Both the position numbers and the translations under genes were made by a program. A DNA stretch of 10,458 bases, from assembly GCF_006345805.1 (NCBI RefSeq), contig NW_021827418.1, positions 1 through 10,458 on the forward strand. The letters run 5' to 3'. The notes beneath the pieces were generated by a model. That model saw only the letters and a program-made list of their open reading frames with translations, did no database searches and was not told where the DNA came from. Shown here piece by piece: positions 8,244 to 10,458 of this stretch. The stretch's first letter is position 1; each line of letters starts with the position of its first letter. The DNA comes from Octopus sinensis (lineage: Eukaryota).

Positions 8244-9056
8244 GAATGCACAAGCTGTTTCGCTCGTAGTTTTAGCACGACCACGTCTCGGGTCGGCAAA
8301 GGTGGAATCAGAAATATGTACTTGTATAGGTGCATTGTGAAAATAAGCATGGGCAGGGATGTTATGTGTAACCATTAGTTTAAGGAACAGGAACTTTCAT
8401 TGGTTATTTGCTAAAAGAGAGGTGCTGCTATTACAGCTAATTAAATTTGCTTATTATGTAAGCGTAATTAGATTTGCTATGGCAAACTTAAATTTATTAA
8501 ATTTTTTTTAAAAATATAACAAATCATATTAGCTAGTTTAAAACAATTTGTAATAATTTTTGTATGGTGGAATTTGGTAAAAGTGGTGAGATTTTTATAA
8601 TTAAGGGTTTTGTTTTGCTATTTTTATTTATAATTATAATTGTTAATTCATGTTGTGTTTTGGGGCGTGTTTTGTTTGTTTTCCTTTGTTTTAATCTGAA
8701 GATTTCTTTTTATAATATTTCATTATGTGTTCGTATATTTATAGTCTGGTTGGAATATAATTGGATATAAATTACCTGATATTAATTTTATTTATTAATT
8801 AAATTAATTCAATTTCTATTTTTCGTTGTTTTATGCGATTAATCACGAGATGAGGAGAAGGAAGAGGAGAAAAGTAGATACACGCGGTGGTGGATTTATA
8901 TTTGGTTTATATAAAACAAAGCAGGGTTGTATATCTTTGTTTTTCTAAGGGAACTTGGTCTTAATGGCCACCTCACGAAACATTTGGTTATAAAAGGGTA
9001 GGTGGGACTAATCCTATATCGAACAATTTGTTAATGTTTGTTATGTGAAAAAGGTG

Positions 9057-9093
9057 TGTATGTATGTATGTATGTATGTATGTATGTATGTAT
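9057..9093. repeat. (TATG)n microsatellite
   Basis: Direct inspection. Confidence 0.95.
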
Positions 9094-9233
9094 ACGCTAT
9101 ATTAAGTCTCCAAGTGAGAGGTAAACAGTAACAGCACGGAATCGTAAAATATATTTGCCAACTAAATGTGGCGGTCCCATAGAGGACGATGTTACTGTTG
9201 TTTTTAGCTCTAGGAAGACATCTCATATATTTA

Positions 9234-9267
<34 letters not shown>

Positions 9268-9418
9268 TATATTGTGAATTTGGTCGGTTAGAGAAGATAG
9301 TTGTTTAAATTAAATTTAAGATAATAAGGGTGACAAATTGACAATTAATTTGATTAATATCAATTTAAAACCAGTGGTCTAGCATATTAACATAAATTAT
9401 ACATATTTTGCAAAGACG

Positions 9419-9489
9419 ATCACACTGACGAGCTACGGATAATTACGTAAGTAAATACGTAAGTGGTAACAGCGAAATTAGTTTGTGAT
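9419..9489 (+). ncRNA. Type I hammerhead ribozyme motif with canonical core
   Basis: ATCACA / CTGACGA / GCT...TTACGTA agtaaa TACGTAA...AGC / GAAA / TTAG T T / TGTGAT. Helix I 6 bp, canonical G10.1-C11.1, helix III ATTAGT (one change from palindromic ACTAGT), GUU triplet. Predicted cleavage after 9483. Confidence 0.82.
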
Positions 9490-9651
9490 TAATCTATATT
9501 TTGTTTCTTTTCATTTCTCTTGCTCGCTTACGTTCTGGCGTTTGCTATAATTTTCTTGAGAACATTCCTTGCTTAGTGGTAAGACCATACCAGATCTACT
9601 TCTAGCATATGGATGTCCACGTAGTGGTCATCCCTCATATTTTTTTTATTT

Positions 9652-9684
9652 TTTTAGTTTCAGCTCAGAGCTGCGGCCATGCTG
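9652..9684 (-). mobile_element. SINE 3'-tail fragment with A-rich tail (9641-9655)
   Basis: Reverse complement matches 5524-5557; followed on the minus strand by a poly-A-like run. Confidence 0.6.
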
Positions 9685-9856
9685 ATGTATGTAATATAAT
9701 TTTTTTCTGTTTCTTCAGATTTTAATATGCTAGGCCACTGGTTTTAAATTGATATTAATCAAATTAATATACAATTTGTGATTTCATTTTATTTTTATAT
9801 TATTATTTTATATTATTATTATTATTTTAAATTTATATATATTGATAGATTGCTAC

Positions 9857-9974
9857 ATGTATGTATGTATGTATGTATGTATGTATGTATGTATGTATGT
9901 ATGTATGTATGTTGTATGTAAGTATGTATGTATGTATGTATGTATGTATGTATGTATGTATGTATGTATGTATG
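9857..9974. repeat. (TATG)n microsatellite
   Basis: Direct inspection. Confidence 0.97.
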
Positions 9975-9984
9975 GGCATGTGTG

Positions 9985-10130
9985 GTTTTGCATTTGTGGT
10001 TGTCCTCTCACTGCTTAATAACCGGTATTAGTTTGTTTGCATCACTATAACTCTACCTTTCGATAATTAAGGTCGATAGAATAAGTATCGGGCTTTATGG
10101 TCGCTGCCCAATAACTGAAACAAGTGAAAG
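9985..10130 (+). mobile_element. Degenerate SINE body/tail fragment
   Basis: ggtcgatagaataagt resembles 3612-3627, and the fragment ends in actgaaacaagtgaaag like the other SINE tails. Confidence 0.45.
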
Positions 10131-10458
10131 GCGGTGATATACATTATTCTTGAATCATATCGAGTTTGAGTATTCCATCGGTAATTCAATAAACCTTGAT
10201 TCTCTTGAGTCTGTGCTTACAGCCATGAAGCCGCTTATAGCATCAAGCCGAGAGGGAGATAAATATTTAAATGAATTGTTTTATGTTTCTTCCGGAAGTG
10301 ATTCCTAGGCTCAATCTTTAACCAAGGGAGATAATTAATACTGGTTATTTATATGGCTGATAGAGCCTCATTTGCATTTCCGCGTATGCTGTATTCACAG
10401 TTGTACTCACATACACGCACGCACGCAACGACACACACAAACATACACAACATTTTAC

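Larger units (their letters stand above)
9344..9768. mobile_element. Element bounded by 47-bp inverted M1 repeats
   Basis: 9344-9390 matches the reverse complement of 9722-9768 at 46/47. The 331-bp interior holds an HHR, M2 and a SINE tail. Confidence 0.6.

Noticed and set aside
8245-8295. Minus-strand GGTCGT..ACGAGC GAAAC AGCT hammerhead-like half
   Set aside because: No recognisable CUGANGA before the stem and no valid NUH triplet.
8696-8702. CTGAAGA heptamer
   Set aside because: No downstream helix II/GAAA; likely chance.
8400-8820. Mitochondrial insertion (NUMT) suggested by T/G-skewed AT-rich sequence
   Set aside because: No recognisable mitochondrial protein or rRNA motif in manual translation.
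9712-9718. CTGAAGA on the minus strand
   Set aside because: Part of the M1 extension (compare 4703 ctgagaag); followed by A-runs and does not fold.
10215-10300. Possible exon after ttacag
   Set aside because: Only a generic acceptor-like motif; short frame with no homology evidence.
1-10458. CRISPR array or prokaryotic features
   Set aside because: No constant repeat with unique spacers; the composition is that of a eukaryotic repeat-rich region.

Overview
Eukaryotic, gene-free, repeat-saturated window. Roughly 40-45% is simple-sequence repeat: (CAT/CAC)n, (GAT/GGT)n, (TA)n, (TATG)n, (GATA)n, (CA/TG)n and (AAT/AAC)n. All long ORFs are microsatellite artefacts. The interspersed repeats resemble, from my recollection and not a search, SINE and other repeat families of Octopus/coleoid cephalopods. 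The main signal lies in the short unique islands between microsatellites. Four islands carry fully foldable type I hammerhead-ribozyme (HHR) motifs of unrelated sequence (4162-4221 -, 4892-4968 -, 5389-5458 -, 9419-9489 +), and three more carry decayed ones (3862-3904 +, 6716-6761 -, 8142-8187 +). All have the very short or palindromic helix III typical of Penelope-like element (PLE)/retrozyme hammerheads. Two HHRs sit inside near-perfect inverted-repeat elements: 4741-5254 (~100-bp arms) and 9344-9768 (47-bp arms). One HHR family is joined through an (AAT)n linker to a tRNA-like Pol III head, giving a SINE with a ribozyme tail, present as an inverted dimer centred at 6920/6921. A 152-bp palindrome lies at 4417-4568. 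Coordinates and folds were worked out by eye and may be off by 1-2 nt.
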